Below the pieces are notes generated by a model. It did no database searches, was not told where the DNA came from, and worked only from the letters and a program-made list of their open reading frames with translations. The translations under genes and the position numbers were made by a program. Of a DNA stretch of 60,439 bases, positions 8,889-18,349 are shown in pieces (position 1 is the first letter of the stretch; every line of letters starts with the position of its first letter). The stretch is from Campylobacterota bacterium. GTDB taxonomy: Bacteria > Campylobacterota > Campylobacteria > Campylobacterales > QNZT01. Location of the stretch: assembly GCA_022600175.1 (NCBI GenBank), contig JAHZKW010000159.1:1-60439 (forward strand), given 5' to 3'.

Positions 8889-10760
8889 ATGCGTAAAACT
8901 TGGATTTCTTTAGCGACCGTGGCTATTTTAGGTATTGGCTTTACAGCCTGTAATGATTCTGATTCAAACTCTGATAAAGCAATCAAAGCAACAAAAGTTG
9001 AGTTTATTGGTATGGATGCTCCATCTACAACAGAGGAGATGACAAAAGCGTATTCAGCTGCAAAGGTACGTGTTTATACAGATGACACAGCTTACACTGA
9101 GCATAACCTCTCTTACAATACACTTTTCAATATCCAAGATAAAGTAGGTACAAATGCGTATCAAGCTGGACAGCTTTATAATGTAGATATGGAACCAATT
9201 ATGGATCCAAACAATGCACCAGTTTTAGCAGAGACACCAGATGCAAATTCACTCTTAAATGTAGGTGGAAAACTATTTCTTGTATCACATTTAGAGTATG
9301 ATTGGATTTTGGCAAATGGTGCTAAAGCTTATACCGTTGAAAACTGGTATACTAGAATGCCGATGAGTATGCTCCTCACTTCAATTGAGCAAGATGAGAG
9401 TGGACAACTTAAAGCAGTTGAGCAAAAAGCATTAGATTTTTCTGCTGTTGGTGGTATTTGGATTCCATGTTTTGGCTCACAAACACCTTGGAATACACAC
9501 TTAGGGAGTGAAGAAGATTATGATCTTTACTATAATGCTGGTGTAAGCGAGAGTAAAAGAGAAAATGGTGTCAAAGCGTTAACTGAAGTCTATTTTAAAA
9601 ATCAACAAACTGCGAATCCTTACCACTATGGTTTCATCACAGAGGTTAAAGTTAATAAAGATGCTTCCACTGAGATCACAAAACACTACTCGATGGGTAA
9701 AGGTACTTGGGAAATGTCAATGGTTTTAAGTGATGGGAAAACTGCTTACTTTGGTGATGATGGTAAAAATGTTGGTATGTTCATGTATGTCGCAGACAAT
9801 GCAAATGACTTGACAGCAGGTACTTTATATGCAGCGAAATGGACACAAACAAGTGCAGCAGGTTCTGATGGTGGAAGTGCAGATCTTTCATGGATCAAAC
9901 TAGGGCATGCGACAGATGCAGAAGTAAAAGGTTATGCTGATAGCCATACATTTACAGATATCTTTGATTTTGTGTCTGAAGTGGATGCCAATGGTACAAC
10001 ACCTGCTGGATATACACAAATTAGAGCTGGTCATAATGGGTTAGAGTATTTAAAACTTAAAGAGGGTAAAGAGACTGTAGCAGCATTTTTAGAACCACGT
10101 CGTTATGCAGCACTTAAAGGTGCAACAACAGAGTGGAATAAGATGGAAGGTGTTGCATTTGACAGTCAAGATAAAAAACTTTATATGGCTATGAGTTACA
10201 TTAAAGATGGTATGATGACTGATTCTGAAGCACCAAAAGATGATATCCAAGTGGCTAAAAATAACTGTGGAGCTACTTATGAAATCACTTTAGCAGGTAG
10301 TCAAACAGATAGTGATGGAAATGCGATTGATTCTGAGCTTGTCGCAACAGGGATGAGTGTACCAGCAGCACTTTTAGGTAAACCTATAGCTACAGATGCA
10401 AATGGAAATACATGTGCAGTTGACAGTATTGCAAATACAGATAATGTGTTCTTCTCAGATAAGATGAGAACACTCTTTATCGGTGAAGATAGTGGTACAC
10501 ATACAAACAACTTCGTTTGGGCGTATAATGTTGAAACGAAAAAACTCTCTCGTCTTCTTTCACTTCCTGCAGGTGCGGAAGCAACAGGACTTCAAGTGGT
10601 AGAGAATGAGAATGGTCATGCCTATATTATGAGTAATGCACAACATCTTGGTGACTTTACAAGCACAACACCAGATGAGTTAAAAACAACACTTTCTCCA
10701 AGTATCGATAAGTTCAATGCACCTATTGGATACATCGGTGGTATGCCAGGTATTAAGTAG
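8889..10760 (+). CDS. PhoX/DUF839-like phosphatase lipoprotein
   Basis: Hallmark PCFGSQTPWNTHLGSEED resembles the PhoX NCAGGxTPWGTxLxxEEN motif. Lipobox GFTAC is present. I prefer the ATG at 8889 (RBS AAGGTG), because the tracked TTG at 8832 lies inside the repeat array. Confidence 0.72.
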   Translation: MRKTWISLATVAILGIGFTACNDSDSNSDKAIKATKVEFIGMDAPSTTEEMTKAYSAAKVRVYTDDTAYTEHNLSYNTLFNIQDKVGTNAYQAGQLYNVDMEPIMDPNNAPVLAETPDANSLLNVGGKLFLVSHLEYDWILANGAKAYTVENWYTRMPMSMLLTSIEQDESGQLKAVEQKALDFSAVGGIWIPCFGSQTPWNTHLGSEEDYDLYYNAGVSESKRENGVKALTEVYFKNQQTANPYHYGFITEVKVNKDASTEITKHYSMGKGTWEMSMVLSDGKTAYFGDDGKNVGMFMYVADNANDLTAGTLYAAKWTQTSAAGSDGGSADLSWIKLGHATDAEVKGYADSHTFTDIFDFVSEVDANGTTPAGYTQIRAGHNGLEYLKLKEGKETVAAFLEPRRYAALKGATTEWNKMEGVAFDSQDKKLYMAMSYIKDGMMTDSEAPKDDIQVAKNNCGATYEITLAGSQTDSDGNAIDSELVATGMSVPAALLGKPIATDANGNTCAVDSIANTDNVFFSDKMRTLFIGEDSGTHTNNFVWAYNVETKKLSRLLSLPAGAEATGLQVVENENGHAYIMSNAQHLGDFTSTTPDELKTTLSPSIDKFNAPIGYIGGMPGIK

Positions 10761-10842
10761 TTAGAAGTATAAAATAGTTGAGGCTTTTTTGCCTTGACTA
10801 TATAAAAATCCCTTTAGAAAAATTAAATTTTAAAGGGCAAAG

Positions 10843-12822
10843 ATGTATAAGCGATTTATTTTATCTTTTTTAAGCGGATTTTTATTGATTGGGTGTAGCA
10901 ACACAAAGACTAATCAACCTACTACTGAAAATATACAAAAATTACCGATGTTAGGTGAACTTCGAAGTCGTACACTTTTTGAAAACCCTTATGCTAATAT
11001 TCCAGCACAATGTTATATTGAAACTTCTTATGGGACGCAGAACGCTTGTCTTTTTTGTCACTCCAATGCTGCTGCGCGTCAGCAACTTGGTAATACCTTA
11101 CCCCAAGCAGGTGCGAGTGCGATTGTTGGTAATTTACAGCTTGAGTATGCTTTTGGTCCAGCAAATGAATTTACTAAATCACCAAATATCAACCCATGGG
11201 AAAATACAATCTTTCCAGAAAAGCTTGATCTTGCTTTAGCAGAATCACAAATTGATCCCTCTTCTTGGGATATGCAAAGTTATATCAAACAAGATAATTG
11301 GAAAGCAGCTTATGCAAAAAAGAGGGGTTTGAAAACAGTGAGTAACAGTCATATTAAAGATGACGAATTTAGATTATTTCCTGCATTAAATCCTGAGGCG
11401 TTACCTGCAGATAGCGATGGTTTTGTAAGGATTGATAACATAACAGAAGCACTTTTTGAAGATGATAAAGGATTTAATAGTGGATGGAGAAGTATCAACT
11501 TTATGCCTTATGGTATCTTCACACCACATACAGGCAGTGTTAGTGGTGTCTATATTCGTATGGCTCCCAAATTTATGAAAGATGAGCGTGGCGAGTACAA
11601 TCTTACTATCTATAAGACTAATTTAGCGCTCTTGGAGAGAGCAATTCAAGATAGATTAGAGAGTGGAGATGACTTTTATGTAGGTGCAGCAAAGTCTGAG
11701 GATACGGATAAGGGACTCTTCCCTTTAGGAACAGAGTTTGCCCATCCTTTACACTATGTAGATATGGATGCAGATGGTCGTGATGTATCAAAAAATAGTT
11801 ATCCTGGTACAAGGGCAAATCGTGTCAAAGAGATTCGTTATATGTACAAGTATAAGATGTACTATCCTGGTGAAGTGGTTGCAAAGGAGGAGAATGCACC
11901 GCTTTATTATAACAAGCATGAGTCATGGATAGACAATGGAGCAGGGTGGTACCTCTCTGGTTTTATAGAAGATAAGCAAGGGGAGCTTCGAGGTCAAAGT
12001 CCTGAAGAGTTACTTCAATGTGTGGGATGTCATAGTTCAACTTATGGATTTGAGCCAGAACAGTTTAGTTCAGGTACAGGTAATACGATTGATACCGTAT
12101 GGTCATTTTCACGTAAGTTTGCAGGTGATTTAGGATGGAAGGAGATGGATTACCTTGGATATGAGCGTAACATAACCAGTAGTGCGCAGATGACATCTGG
12201 CCGTGCACATCGTGGTGACCCTATCAATCGTGATACAAAGATGGGTGAATTTCGCTATTTTCTAAATCATGTCGTAGGCGCTTCACTCTATGGTGATATG
12301 CCAAACTCAATGGAGGGGTATCTCAAAGATGTGATTCAAAGAGAGAGAGGATACAGTGATGATTTTCCTGCACTTGAGTTTGATTCTGTTACACAAGTAA
12401 GAACAATTCAAACACTTCGACTTAAACTCATACGTGAATTTACAGCAAAAAAAGAGTATCTTGATGCACAAGGATATATTCAAGCACCACTACTCTATCC
12501 TACGTTAAATGAGTCTCTAGTAGGTGCGACAGGATATAGAAAAGTGGTTGCAACCCAACGCTATACAAAAGGCAAAGACTATTTTGGACAGATACCATTT
12601 ACATTTAGATATTTTCGTGATGAAGAGAATGGATTTACACATATTGACGATATGACACCTTATACATTTGGTGAAATCATTACAGATAGACCTTATGACC
12701 ATAGTGAAAGTATTACAAAAGGGGTAGGGGATACGCTAACGTTGATTGATGAAAATGGGGATAATTATGATGCAGAGTATCTTCCTATTTTTGCCTATCC
12801 TCAAGCTTTTGAAACTAAATAA
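10843..12822 (+). CDS. di-haem (2x CxxCH) lipoprotein of unknown function
   Basis: Lipobox LLIGC. Haem-c motifs CLFCH and CVGCH are about 320 aa apart. It lies directly downstream of the PhoX-like gene. Confidence 0.7.
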   Translation: MYKRFILSFLSGFLLIGCSNTKTNQPTTENIQKLPMLGELRSRTLFENPYANIPAQCYIETSYGTQNACLFCHSNAAARQQLGNTLPQAGASAIVGNLQLEYAFGPANEFTKSPNINPWENTIFPEKLDLALAESQIDPSSWDMQSYIKQDNWKAAYAKKRGLKTVSNSHIKDDEFRLFPALNPEALPADSDGFVRIDNITEALFEDDKGFNSGWRSINFMPYGIFTPHTGSVSGVYIRMAPKFMKDERGEYNLTIYKTNLALLERAIQDRLESGDDFYVGAAKSEDTDKGLFPLGTEFAHPLHYVDMDADGRDVSKNSYPGTRANRVKEIRYMYKYKMYYPGEVVAKEENAPLYYNKHESWIDNGAGWYLSGFIEDKQGELRGQSPEELLQCVGCHSSTYGFEPEQFSSGTGNTIDTVWSFSRKFAGDLGWKEMDYLGYERNITSSAQMTSGRAHRGDPINRDTKMGEFRYFLNHVVGASLYGDMPNSMEGYLKDVIQRERGYSDDFPALEFDSVTQVRTIQTLRLKLIREFTAKKEYLDAQGYIQAPLLYPTLNESLVGATGYRKVVATQRYTKGKDYFGQIPFTFRYFRDEENGFTHIDDMTPYTFGEIITDRPYDHSESITKGVGDTLTLIDENGDNYDAEYLPIFAYPQAFETK

Positions 12823-12863
12823 GAGATCTTCCATTACAAAAGGGTTACATAAAAATAGCATCT

Positions 12864-12892
12864 TGTAACCTTTTTGCAATAATTTAGTATTA
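12864..12892 (+). promoter_or_regulatory. candidate Pho box (3 phased repeats) upstream of the small ORF and glycosyltransferase
   Basis: TGTAACC-tttt-TGCAATA-attt-AGTATTA, starting at 12864, 12875 and 12886. TACAAT lies at 12891-12896. Confidence 0.5.
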
Positions 12893-12926
12893 CAATAATT
12901 GACCCAAATTTTGTAAGGAAAATTTC

Positions 12927-13163
12927 TTGAAAAAGCTTTTAAAAAAAGTGAGAAAAGCATTTAAAGATGAGATTAAATTTGCACAAAAAGCAGGTTTTGA
13001 AGGCGTATTAGTGAGTCTTGAAGGATATATTTATCTTGAAGTTATCTATGATATAGAGACCCTTGAAGAGATTGTGATACAAAATGGATGGCAAGGTGAT
13101 AGTGTTTTGTTAAATTTTGTAGATAATAGTCAGAAAATGTTACGTATTACCCAAGCTGCTTGA
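12927..13163 (+). CDS. hypothetical small protein
   Basis: 78-aa ORF with TTG start and AAGGA upstream. It ends 4 nt before the glycosyltransferase ATG. Confidence 0.4.
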   Translation: MKKLLKKVRKAFKDEIKFAQKAGFEGVLVSLEGYIYLEVIYDIETLEEIVIQNGWQGDSVLLNFVDNSQKMLRITQAA

Positions 13164-13167
13164 TACT

Positions 13168-14337
13168 ATGTCTACAGAAGATCTTAAACTCTGTTTAGTG
13201 ACAGATACTCTTTGTGATGCCAATGGTGTTTCGCGGTTTATTCAAGATATCGCAAAAATCTCAAGGCAGAAGGAGAAGGCATTTACAGTCATTACTTCAA
13301 CGAAGAAAAACTATTGTCAAAGTGCTTGGAATTTACAAAATATAAAACCTATTTTAGCTTTTAAAATGCCTTTTTATCCTGAACTTGATTTAGTGATTCC
13401 TCCATTTTTAAAATTACATAAAGAGATAAAAAAGAGAAAACCTGATCTTTTGCATATTTCAACTCCTGGGATGCTTGGTCTGAGTGCACTCATAAGTGCA
13501 AGGATATTAAAGATTCCAGTGATGGGTACGTATCATACAGATTTTCCTTCTTATCTCTTTGTAAATACTAAAAGTAGATGGATTGAAAGATTTACCCAGA
13601 AATTTGAAAAAATTTTTTATAAGCGATTTGAAGGTCTCTTTATTCGTTCAGAGATGTATCGAACACAGCTTCAAAATCGTTTAGAATTTCAAAAACATCA
13701 AGTACATACTATCCCTGCAGGAATTGATACCTCAAGGTTTGATCCAGCATTAAGAGATCAAGGTGTTTGGGAAAAATATGGTATTCCTGCTAGTGCTAAA
13801 AAGGCACTTTTTGTAGGTCGTGTGACAAAAGAGAAAAATATAGGATTTTTGCTAGATCTATGGATAGAGCGTTATCAGGAAGGTTCACGTGAGTGGTTAG
13901 TTTTGATTGGGAGTGGAGCATACTATAATCAAAAAGAGAAATATGTACAATACAACATCAGGTTTTTAGGGCATCAAGAGGGGAAAACACTCTCCACACT
14001 CTATGCAAGTGCAGATCTTTTTATCTTCCCTTCTAATACGGATACTTTAGGGCAGGTGGTTATTGAAGCGATGGCAAGTGCTTTGCCAGTATTGGTAAGT
14101 GACATTGGCGGGCCACAAAGTATTGTTAATAAAAGTTTTTTTAATGGATATGTTTTGGCCGCTAATCAACAAAGAGTATGGAAAGAGGCACTCAATACAC
14201 TATTTAGTGATGATCGAAAGTTAAAGGCGATGGCTAAAAGTGCACTATTGGCCTCTAATGAGTTAACGATAGAGAAGAGTTTTGAGCTCTTTTGGCAAGC
14301 ACAACATGCGCTTGCTATGGAACAAAGGGGGTGTTGA
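13168..14337 (+). CDS. GT4-family (group 1) glycosyltransferase
   Basis: GT-B pattern with FVGRVTKEKN and the EX7E region FPSNTDTLGQVVIEAMASALPVLVSDIGG. Confidence 0.85.
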   Translation: MSTEDLKLCLVTDTLCDANGVSRFIQDIAKISRQKEKAFTVITSTKKNYCQSAWNLQNIKPILAFKMPFYPELDLVIPPFLKLHKEIKKRKPDLLHISTPGMLGLSALISARILKIPVMGTYHTDFPSYLFVNTKSRWIERFTQKFEKIFYKRFEGLFIRSEMYRTQLQNRLEFQKHQVHTIPAGIDTSRFDPALRDQGVWEKYGIPASAKKALFVGRVTKEKNIGFLLDLWIERYQEGSREWLVLIGSGAYYNQKEKYVQYNIRFLGHQEGKTLSTLYASADLFIFPSNTDTLGQVVIEAMASALPVLVSDIGGPQSIVNKSFFNGYVLAANQQRVWKEALNTLFSDDRKLKAMAKSALLASNELTIEKSFELFWQAQHALAMEQRGC

Positions 14338-15981
14338 TTAGATCAACATCCCTTTGATCATAAAGAAAATCATTGCTGAGAGTAGTGCTGCTGCCGGGAC
14401 AGTAATAACCCATGCTGCAATGATTTTTTTAACAGCATCTCTTTTGACATATTTAATCTTTTCCGTGGATTTAAGAATTTTTTTCGCTTCTTTAATCTTC
14501 TCCTCTTCATCATCAATAAGTTTATAGAGTGTAACAATACGTTTGTAATCACTTTTATCTTTGCGCTCTTTAGCTTCTAGTGTCTCAAGCTCAGCTTGAA
14601 ATGCTTTAAGATTTTTTTGTTCATCTTCAATAACCTCTTTTTCATCAGCGATTACTTGCTTCTCATCATAAGATTCCATCCACTCACGTAGAAAGCCAAC
14701 ACCAAAAACACCTCCTACCGCAATATGTGTAGAGCTGACAGGGAGACCAAGTTGACTGGCTATAATAACAGTGATCGCGGCAGCCATTGCGATTGAAAAT
14801 GCACGCATTTGATCAAGTTCAGTGATTTCTGACCCTACTGTTTTAATCAGTTTTGGACCATAGAGTGCTAATCCCACAGAGATACCGATAGCTCCTACAG
14901 CCATCACCCAAAGTGGAATACCTGCTTTTGATGAGATACCACCACTCATGACAGCATCACTGATTGCAGCCAGTGGCCCAATAGCATTAGCAACATCATT
15001 TGCTCCATGTGCAAAACTAAGGAGTGCTGCTGCAAAGATAAGTGGAATAGTAAAAAGTTTATTGACACTTGCACGATTGTTTTCTAAATTACCTGATTTT
15101 ACCATACGCTTTTTAACAAAGAAAAAGACAATAATAGCGATTAGTAGCCCTAAAAGAGCTGCTGTTAAAAAAGTTGGTTTTTTAGTGACTGGAAGTGTAA
15201 AGAAAAGTGTATCATTGACAAAAGAGACAATAGATGGCCAAACTTTCTTTAATCCTTTGAGTGTCAGGTAAGTTACAAAAGCCCAAGACATTACTGCAAC
15301 ATAAAATGGTACCCATTTTTTTGCTGCAATAACCCGGTCGTCTCTAAAGACAATAGTTTTTTTAATAGCAAATAAAAAACCCGCAGCAATAATACCCCCT
15401 AGTAGTGGAGAGATGATCCATGACGCTGCAATTTTTCCCATGGTTCCCCATGCCACAATAGAAAAACCTGCGGCTGCAATTCCTGCACCCATGACACCAC
15501 CGACAATAGAGTGTGTTGTGGAGACTGGTGCTTTAAAGGCTGTTGCAAAGTTGAGCCAAAGTGCTGCTGCAAGGAGTGCTGCCATCATAGCCCAGATAAA
15601 TTGATCTGTATTGCCCCCAAATGCACTAATATCAATAATCCCTTTTTTAATGGTCTTAACAACATCTCCCCCAGCAATAATCGCACCTGCTGCTTCAAAT
15701 ATTGCAGCGATAGCGATTGCACCACCTAAGGTTAGTGCTTTAGAACCAACCGCGGGTCCTACATTGTTGGCGACATCATTTGCACCTATATTCATTGCCA
15801 TATAAGCACCAAAGAGTGCTGCGATTGCTAAAAATGTATTATTGGGTATGTCTCCTGTTGAAGAGAAACTGTAGATAAGTACTGCTGCCATAAACAGTAT
15901 TGCTAGTCCCATTTTAATAAAATCAACACCACTTGATTTAATAGCTTTTTTCTGCATCTTCTTGATGGTCTGAATCTCCAT
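14338..15981 (-). CDS. pitA: PiT-family inorganic phosphate transporter
   Basis: Duplicated GANDVANNVGP and GANDVANAIGP signatures in a polytopic membrane protein. Confidence 0.9.
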   Translation of the reverse strand: MEIQTIKKMQKKAIKSSGVDFIKMGLAILFMAAVLIYSFSSTGDIPNNTFLAIAALFGAYMAMNIGANDVANNVGPAVGSKALTLGGAIAIAAIFEAAGAIIAGGDVVKTIKKGIIDISAFGGNTDQFIWAMMAALLAAALWLNFATAFKAPVSTTHSIVGGVMGAGIAAAGFSIVAWGTMGKIAASWIISPLLGGIIAAGFLFAIKKTIVFRDDRVIAAKKWVPFYVAVMSWAFVTYLTLKGLKKVWPSIVSFVNDTLFFTLPVTKKPTFLTAALLGLLIAIIVFFFVKKRMVKSGNLENNRASVNKLFTIPLIFAAALLSFAHGANDVANAIGPLAAISDAVMSGGISSKAGIPLWVMAVGAIGISVGLALYGPKLIKTVGSEITELDQMRAFSIAMAAAITVIIASQLGLPVSSTHIAVGGVFGVGFLREWMESYDEKQVIADEKEVIEDEQKNLKAFQAELETLEAKERKDKSDYKRIVTLYKLIDDEEEKIKEAKKILKSTEKIKYVKRDAVKKIIAAWVITVPAAALLSAMIFFMIKGMLI

Positions 15982-16046
15982 TTGATTGCCTCACTTTTTG
16001 AAGTTATAGTAAAATAATATCTCGATTTTTCTTTAATTATTGCACT

Positions 16047-16086
16047 TGTAACCATACTGTAATTATTTTGTAATCAAAATGTAATA
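16047..16086 (+). promoter_or_regulatory. candidate Pho box array (4 phased repeats) upstream of the porin
   Basis: TGTAACC-atac-TGTAATT-attt-TGTAATC-aaaa-TGTAATA, starting at 16047, 16058, 16069 and 16080. TATTAT lies about 10 nt downstream. Confidence 0.65.
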
Positions 16087-16139
16087 AAACTAGGTTATTA
16101 TTCCAACGCAAAAAAAAATTTTACCAAAAAGAGGGCAAA

Positions 16140-17168
16140 ATGAGAAGAATTCTATTATCTCTAACGGCATTGGCAGCACTTACAACTTCGGTAGTAGCAG
16201 AAGGGGTTACTGTAAAATCAAAAGCAGCAGTTTTGAAGTTTAGTGGTAAACACTATTTAGGGTTTGTACATACTGATGATTCAAATCAATTTGAAACAAG
16301 AAGAAATTACCTACAGGTTAAGGCTTACTTTGCAGAAGATCCAAAAAGTTTTTTTCGAATTACATTAGATACACATCAAGTTGATGATGATAAAGAGGTA
16401 GTAGGTGGTGATATCTACGGAACATGGAATACCAGATTAAAGTATGCATATCTCTATTTAGATAATGTATTACCATTTACAGGTGTTGAAATTGGTCAAG
16501 CACATCGTCCTTGGATTGATTATGAAGAGCATGGTGGATGGAACTATAGATCAATCTCAAAAGTATTTGTAGAAGCAGGTAATGGTGCACATTTGACAAA
16601 CTCTGCAGATATTGGTGTTAATTTTAAAACTAAAACCGAAAATTTCTCTAGTGAATTAGGTATTTTTAATGGTGAAGGGTACCATGGAGAAGAGGATGGT
16701 GAAGGACTCTCAACAGAGTGGCGATTAACCTATCATGCGCTTGGTGGTGGAACGCAAAAATCTAAAGCAAAACATACTTATGCAAATATCTCTTTTTTAG
16801 GACAATTAAACGCTGAAAGTAACAAACATAAAAATGAAGATTTGAACTGGATGGGGCTGCATGCTGTCTATAACCAACCAGCATTTTTACTTTCTGCTCA
16901 ATATATCACAACTAATGATGCACATGATAAATATGCAGGAGAAGGATATTCTGCAAATGGTGAATATCGTTTTATGCCAAAATGGAATTTGATAGGCAGA
17001 TATGACTATTTTGAGATGGATAGTGATGGAACGGAAAAAACAAGAATGATTGCAGGTGTTACACATAAATATAATAAAAATATTGAATTTATTGCAAATG
17101 TACTCACTGAAGAGGTGGGTAATGAAGATGAGACAGCACTCATGTTAACTGCTGAAATTAACTGGTAA
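16140..17168 (+). CDS. outer-membrane porin, probably phosphate-starvation induced
   Basis: Signal peptide, alternating beta-strand pattern and an aromatic C-terminus (EINW). It sits between the Pho box and pstS. Confidence 0.6.
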   Translation: MRRILLSLTALAALTTSVVAEGVTVKSKAAVLKFSGKHYLGFVHTDDSNQFETRRNYLQVKAYFAEDPKSFFRITLDTHQVDDDKEVVGGDIYGTWNTRLKYAYLYLDNVLPFTGVEIGQAHRPWIDYEEHGGWNYRSISKVFVEAGNGAHLTNSADIGVNFKTKTENFSSELGIFNGEGYHGEEDGEGLSTEWRLTYHALGGGTQKSKAKHTYANISFLGQLNAESNKHKNEDLNWMGLHAVYNQPAFLLSAQYITTNDAHDKYAGEGYSANGEYRFMPKWNLIGRYDYFEMDSDGTEKTRMIAGVTHKYNKNIEFIANVLTEEVGNEDETALMLTAEINW

Positions 17169-17185
17169 TGACCTGATGATATTGT

Positions 17186-17215
17186 GAACTGTAGATTATG
17201 AAAACCCTACAGTTC
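17186..17215 (+). terminator. hairpin after the porin gene
   Basis: GAACTGTAG (17186-17194), 12-nt loop, CTACAGTTC (17207-17215), then TGGGCTTTTG. Confidence 0.4.
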
Positions 17216-17243
17216 TGGGCTTTTGTCACTTTGGTTACAAAAA

Positions 17244-17276
17244 TGTAATCGTTTTGTAACCAAGTTAATCTATAAT
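17244..17276 (+). promoter_or_regulatory. candidate Pho box plus -10 for the pst operon
   Basis: TGTAATC-gttt-TGTAACC (starts 17244 and 17255), then a degenerate GTTAATC, then TATAAT at 17271-17276. An E. coli-like TGTCAC lies at 17224. Confidence 0.6.
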
Positions 17277-17307
17277 CGTTTTCTATATAATCTAGGAGAA
17301 AAATTTT

Positions 17308-18336
17308 ATGAAATTAAAAAAATCTTTAGTAGCTTTAGCAGCCGCTGCAGCACTTTTTACTGTAGCTGAAGCAAGAGAGCAAGTCAAAATTGTCGGATCA
17401 TCAACTGTATATCCATTTTCAAGTGCTGTAGCCGAGGAGCTAGGTGCAACAACCGACTATAAAACACCAGTAGTAGAATCAACAGGTTCTGGTGGAGGTA
17501 TGAAACTTTTTTGTAAAGGTAATGGATTAGATACTCCAGATATCACAAATGCTTCAAGAAGAATGAAAATCAATGAGTTTAAAATGTGCCAAGAGAATGG
17601 CGTTATAGATATCACTGAGGCTGTTGTTGGGTATGATGGTATTGCATTTGCAGATAGCAAGAAGAACAAGCCTTTTAGTGTAACAAAAAAACAGATTTTA
17701 TTAGCAGTTGCAGCAGATGTTCCAAGTAAAGATGGAAAATCATTGATCAAAAACCCTTATAAAAAATGGAGTGACATTGATGCTGCACTTCCATCACGTG
17801 ATATTGTAGTTTATGGTCCTCCAACAAGTTCAGGAACGAGAGATGCGTTTGAAGATATGATTATGAAATCACAAACGAAGAAGATGGACGTGTATACTAA
17901 TGCTGGGCATAAAAAATATCATAAAATTAGAACAGATGGTGTTTATGTACCTTCTGGTGAAAATGATAACTTGATTGTGCAAAAACTAGATAAAAACCCA
18001 AAAGCTTTTGGGATTTTTGGATATAGCTTCTTAGAAGAGAATAGTGATAAAGTACAAGGTACATTGATTGATGGTAAAGAACCTACAGCAGAAAATATCG
18101 GAACAGGTGCTTATCCACTCTCAAGAAGTCTCTACTTCTATATCAAAAATACACATGCTAAAGATGTTAAATCATTAGATGCTTTTGTCAATCTTTTTAT
18201 GGCTGATAAGATGATTGGTGAAGAGGGGATTTTAAGTGAAATAGGTCTTATCTCTTTACCAAAAGCACAACTTGAAGCGATTCAAAAAGCGGTAACTGAT
18301 CGTAAAAAACTTACAGAAGCTGATTTAGCAAAATAA
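17308..18336 (+). CDS. pstS: phosphate ABC transporter substrate-binding protein
   Basis: Signal peptide present. Segments VGSSTVYPF and TGSGGG are typical of the PstS family. Confidence 0.9.
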   Translation: MKLKKSLVALAAAAALFTVAEAREQVKIVGSSTVYPFSSAVAEELGATTDYKTPVVESTGSGGGMKLFCKGNGLDTPDITNASRRMKINEFKMCQENGVIDITEAVVGYDGIAFADSKKNKPFSVTKKQILLAVAADVPSKDGKSLIKNPYKKWSDIDAALPSRDIVVYGPPTSSGTRDAFEDMIMKSQTKKMDVYTNAGHKKYHKIRTDGVYVPSGENDNLIVQKLDKNPKAFGIFGYSFLEENSDKVQGTLIDGKEPTAENIGTGAYPLSRSLYFYIKNTHAKDVKSLDAFVNLFMADKMIGEEGILSEIGLISLPKAQLEAIQKAVTDRKKLTEADLAK

Positions 18337-18349
18337 TTTCATAATTCTT

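Noticed and set aside
10771-10800. Possible terminator hairpin after the PhoX-like gene (GAGGCTTTTTTGCCTTGAC)
   Set aside because: Only about 4-5 bp can pair. That is too weak to call, so the two genes may be co-transcribed.
15511-15729. 72-aa extremely Cys-rich ORF (MCCGDWCFKGCCKVEPKCCCKECC...) that looks like a metallothionein or RiPP precursor
   Set aside because: It lies entirely antisense to the Ala/Gly-rich PiT transporter gene, where GCA/GCT codons read as TGC on the other strand. There is no RBS or promoter context. The neighbouring plus-strand ORFs at 14948, 15413 and 15611 are the same kind of shadow.
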